Shown piece by piece: positions 25,651 to 26,628 of a stretch of DNA of 26,628 nucleotides. The stretch is from an uncultured Gammaproteobacteria bacterium (lineage in GTDB: Bacteria > Patescibacteriota > Microgenomatia > UBA12405). Within the stretch, counting starts at the first letter, position 1; every line of letters starts with the position of its first letter. The notes below the pieces were generated by a model. The model made no database searches and was not told the origin of the DNA. It saw only the letters and a program-made list of their open reading frames with translations. The stretch is from positions 1 to 26,628 of the forward strand of contig CAZNDF010000001.1 of the NCBI GenBank assembly GCA_964571775.1, in the 5' to 3' direction. The translations under genes were made by a program, and so were the position numbers.

Positions 25651-25673
25651 ATTTTAAAGTGCTCCTAGTCCTT

Positions 25674-25741
25674 AAAAAAACAAAAAACCCGCCAGTTGGC
25701 GGGGTCAAGATACGTTGAAATCCACCAACTTAAAAGTTAGT
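25674..25741 (-). promoter_or_regulatory. Putative histidine-responsive transcription attenuator 1
   Basis: Minus strand: protector CTAACT-ttta-AGTTGG; antiterminator GTTGGTGG (25722-25729) with CCGCCAAC (25695-25702); terminator CCCGCC-aact-GGCGGG-TTTTTTGTTTTTTT. Confidence 0.8.
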
Positions 25742-25777
25742 GTGATGATGACTTGAACGTAATGTTTTGGTAAACAT
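25730..25777 (-). CDS. His leader peptide 1, MFTKTLRSSHHHTNF (15 aa)
   Basis: ATG TTT ACC AAA ACA TTA CGT TCA AGT CAT CAT CAC ACT AAC TTT TAA, 6 nt downstream of a -10 box and abutting the attenuator. Confidence 0.8.
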   Translation of the reverse strand: MFTKTLRSSHHHTNF

Positions 25778-25783
25778 ACTTGT

Positions 25784-25811
25784 ATTTTACTGAGGAAACA
25801 GGAAATGTCAA
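25784..25811 (-). promoter_or_regulatory. Sigma70 promoter, TTGACA-16-TAAAAT, for the His leader
   Basis: TTGACA = reverse complement of 25806-25811; TAAAAT = reverse complement of 25784-25789. Confidence 0.75.
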
Positions 25812-25831
25812 ATTTTTTGATAAAATCAGTT

Positions 25832-26539
25832 ATGAATATTGTAAAAATGGAAAATAATGAGTGGTTATTAGAAATTGATTTGGATGGTGGAAGAATTTAT
25901 AAACTGGCTTTTGGTGATCAGATTATTTTGGGAACTTTTGAAAGAATTGATGGTAAAAAAGGGAATACACATTTATGTGTTCCGAATTTTGCTAATGAGG
26001 GAGTGGAGAAATATGGGTTTGTATTTCATGGGCCGTTTAGAAATACTACTTGGAAAATATTAGGGAAATCGGATACGGCTTTAGAAATTAGGTGTGAAAT
26101 TGATGGTTTATCCGTAACGCAGTTTTTTAGATTGAAGGACAGTTTTAGTCAAGATATTGAGGTGTTAAATACTTCTAATGAAAAAAAGAGAGTTAATTTG
26201 GCAGTGCATAATTATTGGGATACAGAATTTGGTTGGCAGGGGACTAAACTAAATGGGGTTGATATTACTGAAGGGATCAAAACAAATCCAGAAGTATCTT
26301 TGAAAGATTTAAATACTATTGAGATAGTAGGTAAAAAAAATATTTTTTGGAAAGTGGAAAATTTTAAATTAGCTAAATTATGGACTGGAATTAAACAAGA
26401 AAAAGGGGTTAACTCTTATGATCGAAAATATATTTGTATTGAACCAGAAATGGAGTTTGAGGGGTTTGTGGAAACAGAAAAAAGTTGGCTTTTACCGGGA
26501 CAAAGAATTTTTTCAAAGCAAAGTATTGGACTAGAATAG
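25832..26539 (+). CDS. Aldose 1-epimerase / galactose mutarotase-like protein
   Basis: HLCVPNF, FHGPFRN..W, NLAVHNYW and YICIEP. Start moved to ATG 25832 (TGaTAAAAT 5 nt upstream) because ATG 25805 overlaps the divergent -35. Confidence 0.8.
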   Translation: MNIVKMENNEWLLEIDLDGGRIYKLAFGDQIILGTFERIDGKKGNTHLCVPNFANEGVEKYGFVFHGPFRNTTWKILGKSDTALEIRCEIDGLSVTQFFRLKDSFSQDIEVLNTSNEKKRVNLAVHNYWDTEFGWQGTKLNGVDITEGIKTNPEVSLKDLNTIEIVGKKNIFWKVENFKLAKLWTGIKQEKGVNSYDRKYICIEPEMEFEGFVETEKSWLLPGQRIFSKQSIGLE

Positions 26540-26543
26540 TTTT

Positions 26544-26621
26544 TGGGGTGGTATATCGGACTTGAACCGACAACCTCAGCTTTCACAGAGCTGCGCTCTA
26601 ACCAATTGAGCTAATACCACC
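26544..26621 (-). tRNA. tRNA-His(GUG), copy with encoded CCA
   Basis: Identical body to 25511-25585; ends ...ATACCACC-CCA. Confidence 0.95.
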
Positions 26622-26628
26622 ATGAGGA

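Noticed and set aside
37-26063. Numerous 60-140 aa antisense or overlapping ORFs in the supplied track (e.g. 313-537, 934-1269, 5400-5759, 13552-13965, 14243-14548, 17147-17569, 24701-24979)
   Set aside because: They overlap well-supported genes, show no recognisable motifs, and are the expected shadow ORFs of biased coding sequence.
25586-26545. Integrative element or prophage between the tRNA-His repeats
   Set aside because: No integrase, transposase or phage gene lies in the 960 bp; kept only as an unexplained duplication finding.

Overview
AT-rich bacterial chromosome segment using genetic code 11. The compact housekeeping gene set (short EF-Ts, no pyrH between tsf and frr), the scarcity of Shine-Dalgarno sites and the cohesin/dockerin surface proteins suggest a Patescibacteria/CPR (Microgenomates-like) organism; this taxonomic call is inference. 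Positions 1-20301 are read on the + strand: rpsB end, tsf, frr, rseP, a cell-surface cluster (Cys-rich modular proteins, two cohesin-like proteins of which one has LPKTG, and dockerin-like proteins), rpsU-yqeY-ybeY, dnaX-ybaB-recR, a dockerin/phosphodiester-glycosidase protein, cysS, rpsF-ssb-rpsR, and S41 and HtrA proteases. Positions 20298-25811 are read on the - strand: an RF1 lacking its N-terminal domain, rpmE, hisS, a nucleoside hydrolase, a PRTase-HAD fusion and tRNA-His. The most striking unannotated signal is at 25340-25811. A near-consensus promoter drives a 15-aa leader peptide with His-His-His and a complete classical attenuator directly upstream of a tRNA-His gene. A second leader peptide (His-Cys-His) with its own attenuator follows, ahead of the operon containing hisS. 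An identical second tRNA-His lies 1036 bp away, bracketing an aldose-epimerase-like gene. Other notable items are a candidate cohesin-dockerin-sortase surface complex, beta-defensin-like repeats, a shared post-TM RSKA motif, an A9 slippage site in dnaX, a REP-like remnant in frame in cysS, a degenerate YbeY, and a uniquely strong SD on rpsU. All calls come from manual motif recognition; no database searches were run.
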